A stretch of 64,000 bases of DNA, taken from assembly GCA_051294905.1 (NCBI GenBank), contig CM119371.1:16680001-16744000 (forward strand), in the 5' to 3' direction. Shown here one piece after another: positions 53,047 through 64,000 of the stretch. The notes below the pieces were generated by a model, which worked only from the letters and a program-made list of their open reading frames with translations, was not told where the DNA came from and ran no database searches. Each line of letters opens with the position of its first letter. Positions within the stretch are counted from its first letter, which is position 1. The translations under genes and the position numbers were made by a program. Origin of the DNA: Botryllus schlosseri (Eukaryota).

Positions 53047-53414
53047 GAGTGATTCTCACCCTTTTTCGGTGGATCGCCCCCTTATCAATCACGACACAAA
53101 TTTTCGGCCGCCATATTTATGGATTCGAAAAAGAGGACATATAATTGTGGTATTTATTCACCTGACTCTGATCGACAGCGAATTTACCAAAAAAGGTCAT
53201 TTTTCCGAGGTGGTAGGTACTTGGAAAACCGGTTTCCCCGTCTGCTTTAAGTTGAGTGGACCTTTTTACGATTCATATGCAGAATAAGCCGTCTTCACGC
53301 GCATTTTTGACCGTGTTAGCTAAATATATATCACTGTACGTTCGAACGTTTTCGCCCCCTTGTTTCCCCAAATCGCCTACTGCGTGGCTATATCGCCCAC
53401 GTTGAGAACCACTG
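53047..53414. mobile_element. Diverged hAT MITE related to 13234-13604 (inverted)
   Basis: Ends TATCGCCCACGTTGAGAACCACTG; TCGCCCC motifs. Confidence 0.7.
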
Positions 53415-53663
53415 ATCTCCTTTAGCTCCCATTTGTTCATGTTAGGAGGAATCGCTGACGGGCCGCAAACAGATGGATCACCAAAAATCTGCCAGTGTCT
53501 CCCGAAGCGAATATCTTTCCTAAGTGTTTTAGTTTTAATCGCATCATCGCCTGATGTTACAAATATGATTCAGGATTTGACCATTTGAACACTGATTTCC
53601 ACTGAGGAGCATCCGTGGTTTTAACTAGAACAAATCTATTCCATCGTCAATTTGAAATTTCAG

Positions 53664-56600
53664 GGAGAATTATTCGGTAATATCGACTATATTACGGTAA
53701 GGGACCTGAAAAGCTTCTTGGATACCCTTGGGGGTAAATGTCCAAAGATTGTGGAAGTGAAGCAATGTGAAATCACAGTTGACCAGAACGATATTCGCAA
53801 ACGACTCACGGGAATGGACGAAGATATGTACAAAATATTGATGGTAGGATACACGCTCAATATGATTCCTGAGTTGCTATATATGGCATACAGCGAGCTG
53901 AAATAAAATAATTGGAATAATTGGAGGGAAATCTGACGGAATTTTAACAAACAAGTGATGGCGGTAGTAGGACATCGCTATTATTTTGATATCAAGCCCT
54001 GTATTCGAGATTAGTGTTGCGCGTTCGGATATCTTGTAATTGGCTTTTTAGCATGCATGATACAAAATACACGCATGTGAAGATATCAGGTTTCTTATCA
54101 ACATTCCCTTCGAATCAGATGAACACCCTATCAAAGCAAGTGGTATGAGAATTCAATGCGTACCGACATGGTCAAACTATTCAGCGTTGGTACTCAAGTA
54201 GAACCAGAAGTAAAGTTTTAAATTTCTTTTCAATTACAAGGGAAGTAGTGATTTACAGGGCTCGTCAAAAATACTTCTAGGATAAGAAGAAAATTGAGGG
54301 GGTCGCATAACAGAAGACACTACCATTAAAGTTGCATTTCGATATTGCATTCAGTTATCTTGATACCTGGGACGTTTCTCGTAGTTGGTATTACGATTTC
54401 GCGCAACAAAGTGATCAAAGCCACACCCCAAAACTACTTAACACTTAAAATTAAACGTTTACAAAGTAAGTAGTATAGCCTTAAAAACTGTAGAAGTCGC
54501 AGTTGTCAAAAACATAACCACTTGACCAAGCAGTGAAATAGAAACACGTACGTCAGTACTCAAAAAAGTAAATGTACTTCGGTAGTGAAAATCCCATGAT
54601 TGAATATTCAATGAGGTCTTTCGGAGATGACTATTTGCATGCAGTGTGCAAACGCGAACCACACGATAGGTTAACCGTTTACCTCATCCAGCAATATGTA
54701 TTTAATGAAATATATTGAAATGTATCAAAGAATGCGGCTCTGGAGGCGACACGTCAGAAGATGAAAGAGCAACTCGACATGTTTACAGCTATCACACGTC
54801 AATTTAAGGTCAGCAACAGAACCGAACTAGTTGCGAAGGCTTATTCACTTTATGCGTTCAAGTAAATTTCATTCTGAATATTTCATTTGCAATTGCAATA
54901 AAATTATTATAGCTGTTAGCGTCGTTACTCAAAGGTCATCAATTCGACATTTTCCAAGATCCTATATAGAATAGGCTACACTGTAAATCTAAGGGTGGAA
55001 AATATGTGTACTATCTCATAGTGGATACCAAGTTGTGCTTTCACACCAATTCAAATGAGCGAAAATGTTCCAAATACACAAATCGTCATGTAAACATATC
55101 TGAGGGGTGTAAAGTAAATTGTCTTTTGGCTATACCACAGTTCTTGAATTTATTGGGGTTACTAGCAACAAAACTCTCTACACCCCAGAGATATATCTCC
55201 ATCGGAATTGATGCATTGAACTATAATTTCCATCCATTGGAAAGGCGTGAAAGCACAATTTGGGACATGGAAGCGTTTTTTATTTCATTTGCATCACCGA
55301 TTTTCCTCTCGAGAGCCATACGCCACCACCAAAAGAGCCACATATGGTTTGAGCTCATAGGCCCCGACACCTGGTATAAATATTCTGAAGGAATTCTTCT
55401 GATAATAATTATTAATAGGATCTTCGCATAGAGACATTGACAATAAAAGGAGGGGGGCAAGATGTCGAAGCAATCGCCACAGATGTAATTGCGGGAAACG
55501 GAAATGATGAACTCTTGTTTGAGGTATGGCCTTTTCAGGTTAAGCACTCACATTATAGAGGTTTCTGATTATAGTCATTGCATAATTACCGATATAGGTG
55601 ACGGCGCGTATTTACTGAGTGAGGTTTGCGCAATGTATGATCTCGTTGAATTTTTATTATTGTAAAGCCTGAGTCTGATATCAATTGATCGTAATTTGAG
55701 AGGATCCGTTCGGGCTGTGGAGTCGGTAAATTTTTCCACCGACTCCGGCTCCGACTCCGACTCCACACATTTTCAATATACCGACTCCGACTCCTGAGTC
55801 TTTAAATGTACCAACTCCGACTCCGACTCCTGGGTCTTTAAACGTACCGACTCCGACTCCGACTCCCGACTCCGACTCCAGCATTATTACCAATTTACTT
55901 CGAAAATTATATGCCACATTAAACACATGCAAACATATGATTAACTGTGGCATGCTAAATTGTTTCATTGTGGCACAGCTCGAATTATCCACTATGCAAT
56001 TAACATGAAATAAAGATGTGCTAAATATCCTTCCTTATTCAAGCTTTTATAACATGGACTCTCCAATATCCTGAAATGTATGGATCATTCCAATATGGCA
56101 GATATCCAATCATGTATAATAAAAATGTAGATAAAATCCAAGTGTAGCTCTTGTGTATGACTCAGCAACTAATAAAGAGATTGAACTTACTAATTTTGTC
56201 ATTGCACACTATCCTGGTTACAAGCACAAACACTCTTACTACTAATAATAGACATTGGTCGTAAATGGAATTTAGTTAAGTAGTCAAAGACCATAGCCTA
56301 TGTCTATAGTCTACATGTACTTAATCAAGTATTCAAGGATTGGGATTTGCAGTCTTTCTTAATCATTTGTTCGACCCAAACAGCTAAGCTACACTACAAA
56401 TATTTTTAATTTTGTAACGTGGGAAGCATCGTTTGGTCATATTTACATTATTTTTACAATTTTACAATACCAGCCGATGCATTTTCTCTGTCCCAGTATC
56501 ATGGTATAATTCCACAAATTACATCAATTTTGACTGCATCGCGAAAACGGATCTTGCGATTTTCTTCCCCTCTGCAACTGAGTTGTAATTTGCAAGAAAT

Positions 56601-59600
56601 GTTTAATTTTATCTATATCAGGGGTGGGCAACTTTTTCGGCGAAAGGGACACCTGAGATTTACGAACCATTGCACGGGCAACTGGAATGTGGATAACCTT
56701 TTTTTAGTCGTCGATATAGGAGCGAACCGAATTAGGTAACATTGCAAACAAGACTTATATTAATACGCTCTAAAATTGATAACAAAATGTCATGCAACTG
56801 TGCAGTGCGCAATCAGGCCATGGTCGCGCGAAGCGCGAAATTTTTTTGCAAGATAACGACTGAATTAGGCTATAGCTATATTAATAAATATGTCGCTAAC
56901 ATACATTGGGGGTCGCATCTGTATACTACTGGGCTCATTTGGCAAGGACAGGATTATTCGACGTTTAGACATACCAAAATCGACGGTATCAGCTAGTGAA
57001 TATGCCTCTATCATTTTGTGCAAATGTTTTGTCGACGATCTCGCTGCGAGTGCACAAGCGAAGCCGTATCTCCTAATTGCGAATATAGTTAGACTCTATT
57101 CCGTGAATAATATGTATTTATAATTTTCAGAAGGGGCTCAAATACTGAATGCAAGAAATCTAGTGACAATGAATCATGCGAAGTACCTAGAAAAATTTCT
57201 AGTCAAATAAATATGATATGGAATATTCTTCTTCATGGTCATATACGAAGATCTGGGATAAATGTGGCTGACCCCTGGATACGTCAATGCATCAGAACTG
57301 TTGTTTTAGTCATCATCAAATTTCGCGTTCATGCTAATCAAATTTTGGTTGGCCTTACAATTGTACCTGATGTCATAAATAATTTCGAGAATTACCTCGC
57401 AGGCCACACCTAACCTTCTCGTAGGCCAAATTTTGCCTGCGTGCCACTTGCTTGCCGCACCTGATCTGCATCGTTACTAATAACAGTGATAGGTGGTACA
57501 TAAAAATTCTATTGAAAATTCCTAGAAAGCAAATGTTTTCATGATAGAGAAGTTGGAGTCGGAGTCGGAGTCGAAGTCATAGTCATTCTCACAAACTCCG
57601 ACTCCGACTCCATCCAGTATTTTCCCACCGACTCCGACTCCATCAAGCGAAAATCACCCTGACTCCGACTCCGACTCCACCGACTCCGACTCCGACTCCA
57701 CAGCCCTGATCCGTTGTCGTTTTATTTACTGTGTATTCTATTTGACCGTGTTGCAAAAGTCCGTCAGGCTACAATCACCACATGTTTATGTTAAATAAAG
57801 AATAACAGTAACTAAGTGAGCAAAGTTGAACTTCCAATTTTTCATGACCCACGTTGCTTGAACAATAGGATGTATTTCATCTTAGCTGTACCCCACATTT
57901 GAGCATGCCACACAATGGAAAACAACAATTGATCATGGGACACTTTAGCATGCGTCACTTCAGTATGCGACTTTATTACCCAACACTAACCCTAAACCGA
58001 AACATAACACCGATATAAACCCCTATATTAATCCTAACCCCAAGCCTTACCCTAACACAACCCTAAATCAAACCCTGACCAGACCATAGCCCTTATCTAA
58101 CCCACATGCTCATGTGTCGCATGCCGAAGTATCGCATGCTATACTGTCGAGTGCTCTTATTTCGATGAACCCCATCACGCGGCTTCCATAATCCTGCACG
58201 ACGGGAATGCGATTCTGGCAATTATAATTTTAAAAACCACTGCTCTAAGTCGTAAAGTCAATACGAGAATGAACTGGGTACCCGCCTGGCACATATGACC
58301 TCAATGTGACAACAGATTAAAGAACAACGATATACATATCATTGAATTGTTTCAGGTCGCGAATGTAAAGTTTGACACATTGACGCTGGAAAACCATCAG
58401 TTGATGCTGAAAGTTCTCAATTCTGGCGTTGGCTTGGAAGCGAACGTCTTGCTTGTCAACGAACCGAAAGAGAAACTTGGAGATTGGACAACAACAATGA
58501 ATATGATCAACAACAATAACTTCAAGGTATAGCTAGCCCTGTTGCTTATAAAGTCACAATATACTGTTACCTTTTAAAACAAGTTCATGCTGAATCTAGT
58601 GTCTCTTAGTCACCAATGATTCTCGTATGCGAAAGTTATTATTTGAATTTAGATGACGTTAAAACCGAGGGTGGAATTCATTGCAGGTACTTTCAATCAA
58701 AACAAAGCATAACCTGGATGATGTACTCGGAATAATTTCTGAGATATCACCGATTATAAAACCTACCTCTATCCTGGCCGAAGATGCAAACTTACAGATC
58801 ATGAATCATTCTATAAATAAAACCGTGAGTTCAGTATTATCGTTTTAGGCAAAATATCGCATTGTCTTATATGTACCATATCAGTGTTCGGGAATTCATG
58901 GCTCGCGACCCACACATGGGTATTTTCAGTCGTGAAGAATAGATCTGGGGGGAAAAACTTGACAATAATCCAGTAGCACGAATATGACAAATTAAATATC
59001 CATAGGACTACCTTATTTATGATTTTTCAAAAGAAGCTTATATTTGTGGTGAATTTTGGACTTGTTACAACGCCTTTAATTGTTAAGTGAACAATAATTA
59101 ACTTGACGATCAGTGTAAGCTCAGGGGTCGAGACTAGGGACCCGCTAAAATGGTGTGGCACATGGTTAGCCTTTGATAACACTTGATTCGCATTGACGCA
59201 TATTCCGAAATTATTCACTGATCATCAGTACGTTCGAGGCGCGTTTGCGAGGCGCGAATTAGTAACGATCTCGCAGTTACAAGAGATTGGTATCAGGGGG
59301 AAGTTGGAACTGTGATAATGAGGTTTGGCACGCGGTGGAACAAATTTTGACTGCATTCCGCGATCAGTGGGAGTGTTATTACATCGCATCACTTTTGAAT
59401 ACATAAATCCAACGGTGACGTCACATTTGATTTACGTTGTTGTATGGCTCTTTGGGAATCACAATTAAAAATATAGGACCAACATGACTCCTTTGGCGAC
59501 AAAGGTTCCCGGCAATTCTGCTATAATGACAAAGTCGTATTTCAATAGTATATTAATATTGAAATGAACCCAATCTGTTTCGGCTGACACTCGTCAGCGG

Positions 59601-60029
59601 TAATCGTCAGCAACTAGTAGAGAATGGAGAAGAGCATTGTATATAAGCACTCGCATCCAGAATATGATATCACCATACCCCTACCCCTGAACAATGTCGG
59701 CCGAAAATATTCAGGTTCATTTCCATATGAATATACTATTCAACGGTATATTGAAGTTCTGTTCCTCAAAGAAGCTCTTCAAGGTCGTATTTAATATAGA
59801 TATATCGTCTACATAGAGACCATATATGTCGTAGGTTATCTGGAAATTCGAGACATAGGCCTACCGTAGTCTTCGAAGTCCTCCGACCAGGGCGAATCCG
59901 AATTGTGTACCCGTTTTCCTTATTAGAAACTGCTGGTAGCTGTAGAAGGAAATGCGCAATCAAAATCAATAAGAGAACTTGGCGGGTCACTTAAGATGGG
60001 TGTGACTACAAAGAATGAATATGACAAAG
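53664..60029 (+). CDS. Further NLR-like gene exons: 53664-53843, 58356-58526, 58687-58824 (phase 0) and possibly 59927-60029
   Basis: TTTCAG/TTGCAG acceptors, GTAGGA/GTATAG/GTGAGT/GTAAGC donors, open frames and the same repeat-like peptides. The stop codon was not located. Confidence 0.65.
55711..57708. mobile_element. hAT MITE with (GACTCC)n subterminal arrays, containing a nested MITE
   Basis: GGGCTGTGGAGTCGG / CCGACTCCACAGCCCTG; ATCCGTT on both flanks. Confidence 0.88.
56619..57463. mobile_element. hAT MITE, relative of 778-1471
   Basis: CAGGGGTGGGCAA...TTGCCGCACCTG; flanks ATCTATAT/ATCTGCAT; shared internal blocks such as TAATTGCGAATATA.GTTAGACTC. Confidence 0.8.
57937..58150. repeat. 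Small inverted-repeat element with a degenerate (CCTAAC)n core
   Basis: TAGCATGCG..ACTTC.G.ATGCGAC and its reverse complement flank telomere-like degenerate repeats. Confidence 0.6.
59544..59741. repeat. Inverted pair of the hammerhead-like repeat seen at 41147-41285
   Basis: 59544-59675 is colinear with 41150-41283; 59683-59741 is an inverted partial copy. Confidence 0.8.
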
Positions 60030-60090
60030 GTAAGCGTATAAAGCCATAGATATGCATTGTATGCATGGAACCCATAATTATACTTATAAC

Positions 60091-60868
60091 TAGGGCGATG
60101 TTTTTTGACGTAAAAAACGGAAGATTTTGACCTAAAAGGTTATTTCGCACGTAATGTTAAAATTGTACTACTTATCTTCATTTCTGGTTGGAACTGTCTG
60201 TCCTTACAAAGTAGATTGGCTCAAAAACTGACAAATGTTTACATGAAAAAACTAGTGTTTTAACGAAATCTGTCCCTATGAAGAATACCAGTAGTTACAT
60301 CACGTATTATGGTGCAAATAATTAAAATTTGTTGTAGTACAACGAACGAAAGATACTTTCCTATATTCTCGGGTAAAATTGTCTGTCCTTACTAAGTAGC
60401 TTGCCAAGAATGGAGAAAGAACGTTTAACAACAGCAGTTGTTCGCTGACAACACTGAAGTTGTGTGCACACTGCTGGTGACACACGGTGTTGTTTCATTC
60501 TGACAATGTTGTCTATATCACAATTTTTCAGCTTTCGCTTCTTGATATAACAATCATGCAATGTCCAAGCAGTCTTGCTTCAGTTAGGATATTGCGGTAC
60601 GTTGACCATAAAACCATGTCACTATTTGTTTCATTTGACCGTTTATGATTCAGAATGAGCAGACGATGGGCCGTCTACAACGGTAGGCCTATAAAGTAGG
60701 CTACAAGCTGTAAAATATCAAATGATAGGTTCACCGACAGCGCAAAATCTACGATACAAACGAAATGCAGAGGTCAAAAAATATTTGACTTTGTAAACAA
60801 TTTTGACAAATTTTGACCGAACGCTACAATTTTGACTTGTTTTGACATGTCAAAAAAAAATCGCCCTA
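60091..60868 (-). mobile_element. hAT deletion derivative with a dimerisation-domain-like remnant
   Basis: TIR TAGGGCGAT / ATCGCCCTA; TSD CTTATAAC/CTTATTAC; minus-strand TTAVVKRSFSILGKLLSKDRQF resembles the hAT SxxxERxFS motif. Confidence 0.85.
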
Positions 60869-60874
60869 CTTATT

Positions 60875-61110
60875 ACCAATGGGATGTGGGTTGGAGTCTC
60901 ACCGAGGTCGACTCTAGAATTCCTAACTAACTGTTGGAGGTTTATCTTGGCTCCTCCTCGCCATCTCATCCGCGTAAGCGGTGTCTTATAAAAGCTTAGA
61001 AGTTGGCCGAAGAAGTCGGCAGTTACGGAATCAAAAATAAGTAATATCGCCCTGGTGTAAATGACTATTGTAGTCGACAAACACCATAAATACCCCAAAA
61101 CAACAACAAC
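60875..61110 (+). mobile_element. SINE family 1, lacking the A box
   Basis: ACCAATGGG...CCGAGGTCGACTCTAGAATTCC...GTCGACAAACACCAT..(CAA)n. Confidence 0.88.
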
Positions 61111-61729
61111 TACCGTATTTCGTGTAACCGAGAGAACGATACCGTCAATCTTCTATCCCTGCAAAAAAATTAATAGCGAGCGGATCAACACGGAATGCAC
61201 CAATCGGTCTTTGACAATTCACAATCAACTTGAATTCAGACCATTTGTATTCCTAGACCCTATATCATAGATCGAATCACCCATAGTTCCCATTTGATGA
61301 TATATATAAGGGATGGTGCGAACATTAGGTTCACGTTATTGCTGGGCATGCGACCTTTGGTGATCCGCAAACGAGCCTCATTGAGCTCTACCATGTAAAA
61401 GTGTGCGTTAAATAGTATTTTTCCTATGACACTGGTCTACACGATTTTTGCCCCAGGATTTCTTTGAATCATTCTTACCTGATTTGGGGGCGATGAATCA
61501 AAATCGGGCGTTATTTTTGTTCTATGACATCAGTTATTTGAGATAATATGTATGTTTATTATCACTACTTTTTATGGTTACTCAAGTAGATTTTGCATGC
61601 TTGCAGTACTTGAAGTGGTTATATATTCAGACCACATCCATTCCTGAAAACCATTTTGGATAAACTATATACATTTTCAATTGATATTATGAAAAGTAGA
61701 GAGTAGTTTTAGGATAGGATTGTACTACT

Positions 61730-61965
61730 CAGACTTGGACAACTAGATAATTCTAGTTGTCTAATTTCACTAAATTAGAGCGAAATGACAGTAATTTAAT
61801 TCTAATCTAATTTGGAAAAGCTGAAATTTTTCTAGTTGTCCAAGTATATGCTTGGATAACTAGATATTTCTAGTTGTCTAATTTCACTAAATTAGAGCGA
61901 AATGCCGGTAATCTAATTCTAATCTAATTTGGAAAAGCTGAAAATTTTCTAGTTGTCCAAGTCTG
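61730..61965. mobile_element. hAT-like MITE built from two tandem units of about 117 bp
   Basis: Perfect 18-bp TIR CAGACTTGGACAACTAGA; TSD GTACTACT/GTACCACT; internal direct duplication. Confidence 0.88.
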
Positions 61966-62377
61966 GTACCACTCTCATGACATGAGTTAAATTTTCGTTC
62001 GAACTGCGTGAAATAGCCACTGTATCATTGTCACTGAATATAATTTCGAATATTACACTGATGTAGTGCCAATGTAGGCATTTTGCGCCAGCCGTTACGA
62101 TACATCTTGCGATGTCGAATGTAGCCACCTCCAAGAAACCGCTAAGAGGATGCGGCCCGACTAAGTATACTTAGACACATTCATCTTCCTCTTCCACTTG
62201 AAGTAGTTTTGACATGTCTCAGAAATTACAAATTATACTTGTAATTGATCAGAAATTTAAGGTGTTACTTGTTCTAGCAACGTTGTTTACTTCGTTCACC
62301 TCTGGTTCATATTAAATCAGAAACCGCTTTGTAAATGTTAAGGTTATTATAAACAGAACTGTCGAAACGTGTAATCA

Positions 62378-62815
62378 TAGTGTCCTATATGGTGTCGACA
62401 CAGGCAAATCTCACGCCTCAGTTAAATTGTATCACGTCACATTTTCCATTTGGCTACAGGCAATTTGACGGTCATTTTAGACCGGCTTGCCGAGCATTAA
62501 ATTTGACAAATCGGGTATCAAACGAAAGCTGACTCTGCACTGATTACGAAAATATAAATTTTATTCCGCTTGTGGCCCTGGAACTCCCACAATCATCCTC
62601 GAATTTTTCATTGTTATGGAGATTGGCATTGGGACGCAAAATGCTTTCTGGCTCTTTTTCTCTTGAGCTACTCTCTCGTTTCGCCAGACAGCATTGTTGC
62701 GTCCTGAGCTACTCTCTCGTTTCGCCAGACAGCCTGTAGCCAAATGGAAATTGTGACGTGATACAATTTCACTGATGCCTGAGATTTGCCTGTGTCGACA
62801 CCATATAGGACACTA
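62378..62815. mobile_element. Foldback MITE with an internally deleted right arm
   Basis: About 85-bp near-perfect inverted termini TAGTGTCCTATATGGTGTCGACACAGGCAAATCTCA...; same family as 1-378. Confidence 0.92.
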
Positions 62816-64000
62816 TATGGTGCTATCATGCAAAACACAAACACGAAGCCCTGAAATCATTTAAAAATCACTAAAAATTAACCAATGCTTATCTTTGGCT
62901 CTGTTATAGTAATGAAAACAGGCTATATATTGTGTATATAAAACTATAACCAACCATGTTCTGCGAACAGAAAGTTCATGATTTCTATGTCTACGTATTA
63001 TCGCCAAAAATGATCAACGTATACAATAGTGTACTCGAGTGTTTCCAATGCATCCTCTATGTTTCAATACGTCTTTTCGAGTTTAACAGAATGTAAGAGA
63101 ATCGGAAGTCCTAGAATCGAAGCTTCAGGGTTCCTTTTGAACAGTCAATAAACAGTCTCCATTCCTCTGTTTGTCTATGTTAGACGATGCAAACAAGGCC
63201 TTCATATTTTTGTAATGAATCCAAAACCTTTACGGAGAAAATAGTTCAGAAACAGCTTGCGTCGATTCCAACAAAATGTGAAGGAATAACTGGAATAAAA
63301 TTAGCACGATAAGCACACACATTGAAGTTATCATAATAAGCAGTTTATTTTGGAAAATCAGTCCGCATTTTATTGTTTCAAAGCAAGCTTATAGGACCAT
63401 ATCTTGTGTCAGAGTTCACAATTCTCTTCTACATTATATTGTACAATGTACAATGGAGCTACTGTGCACAATCTTTAAAACGTCAGCGATGTATAAAGTT
63501 ACCAACTGCTATCAACTAATATGGCTGCGTCCACCTATATTTTCAAAAGTCGAAAAGAGGTCCTGATTGAAAGAAGATTGATTGGAGTTCACCGAAAACT
63601 CAGTCCTTCTATTCTATAACCGCACAAGTTGCATCATAGAATAATATTATTAATATAATTTCAGTTACAATGTTTGACCTGTTCCTGCTGCTGTAATGTC
63701 ACTAACGAAAGTCGAAATTTGATATATTTATGAGCTTGAGCAAAATTCATGGCAAACAACTCTGACGTAATAGAGCAATCAATTCTGAGCAAAGAATCGG
63801 ATTCAGCAACCCAAAAATTTACCCAATTCAATGATCAACGAATTTGGTCCATTTTTTCAAATTGTGGACCTGTGTTATGGTTATTCAGAGCCCCACGTCG
63901 GCTTAGTTCAGCAACCACCGAATAAGTGCAAGCGTCATCATGTTACAATACGCATGTTACGTGGCAGAATAGGAGTAGAGGGGTATGTTGAATTTAGAAT

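Larger units (their letters stand above)
61430..63874. mobile_element. Probable Chapaev/CMC-like non-autonomous element containing two nested MITEs
   Basis: CACTGGTCTACA / TGTGGACCTGTG termini, flanks TGA/TTA, and subterminal TTTGGG..C..TGAATC motifs on both ends. Confidence 0.55.

Noticed and set aside
55575..55992. GVGVGV / SRSRSR / ESESEP ORFs
   Set aside because: These are translations of (GACTCC)n MITE subterminal repeats.
57980..58110. Interstitial telomere
   Set aside because: The repeats are degenerate and enclosed by short inverted repeats of a small element.
1..62815. One giant 62-kb element bounded by inverted repeats
   Set aside because: The arms face outward, and each belongs to its own foldback MITE copy (the 62.4-kb copy has both ends).

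Overview
Eukaryotic, AT-rich (about 35-40% GC by eye), intron-containing animal DNA; the short GT-AG introns and repeat types suggest a marine invertebrate such as an ascidian (inference only). No prokaryotic genes, CRISPR arrays, rRNA or true tRNA genes are evident, and most ORFs in the supplied track are spurious. The main host gene is a large + strand NACHT (STAND) NTPase / NLR-like gene at about 37.9-60 kb. It has a 1154-nt NACHT exon with several non-canonical catalytic residues, followed by at least 15 symmetric phase-0 exons encoding a highly divergent, non-canonical repeat region. A weakly supported spliced minus-strand gene end lies at 2.0-3.5 kb. The rest is densely packed, often nested transposable elements: about 20 hAT-type MITEs (many with exact 8-bp TSDs), a 5.8-kb decayed EnSpm/CACTA-like element, Chapaev3-like elements with a transposase remnant, I-clade and L1/Tx1 LINE fragments, a Penelope GIY-YIG fragment, candidate minimal hammerhead ribozymes, and two tRNA-derived SINE families whose 3' stem-loop covaries with the tail of the local I-clade LINE. 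All calls come from manual reading; no database searches were run.
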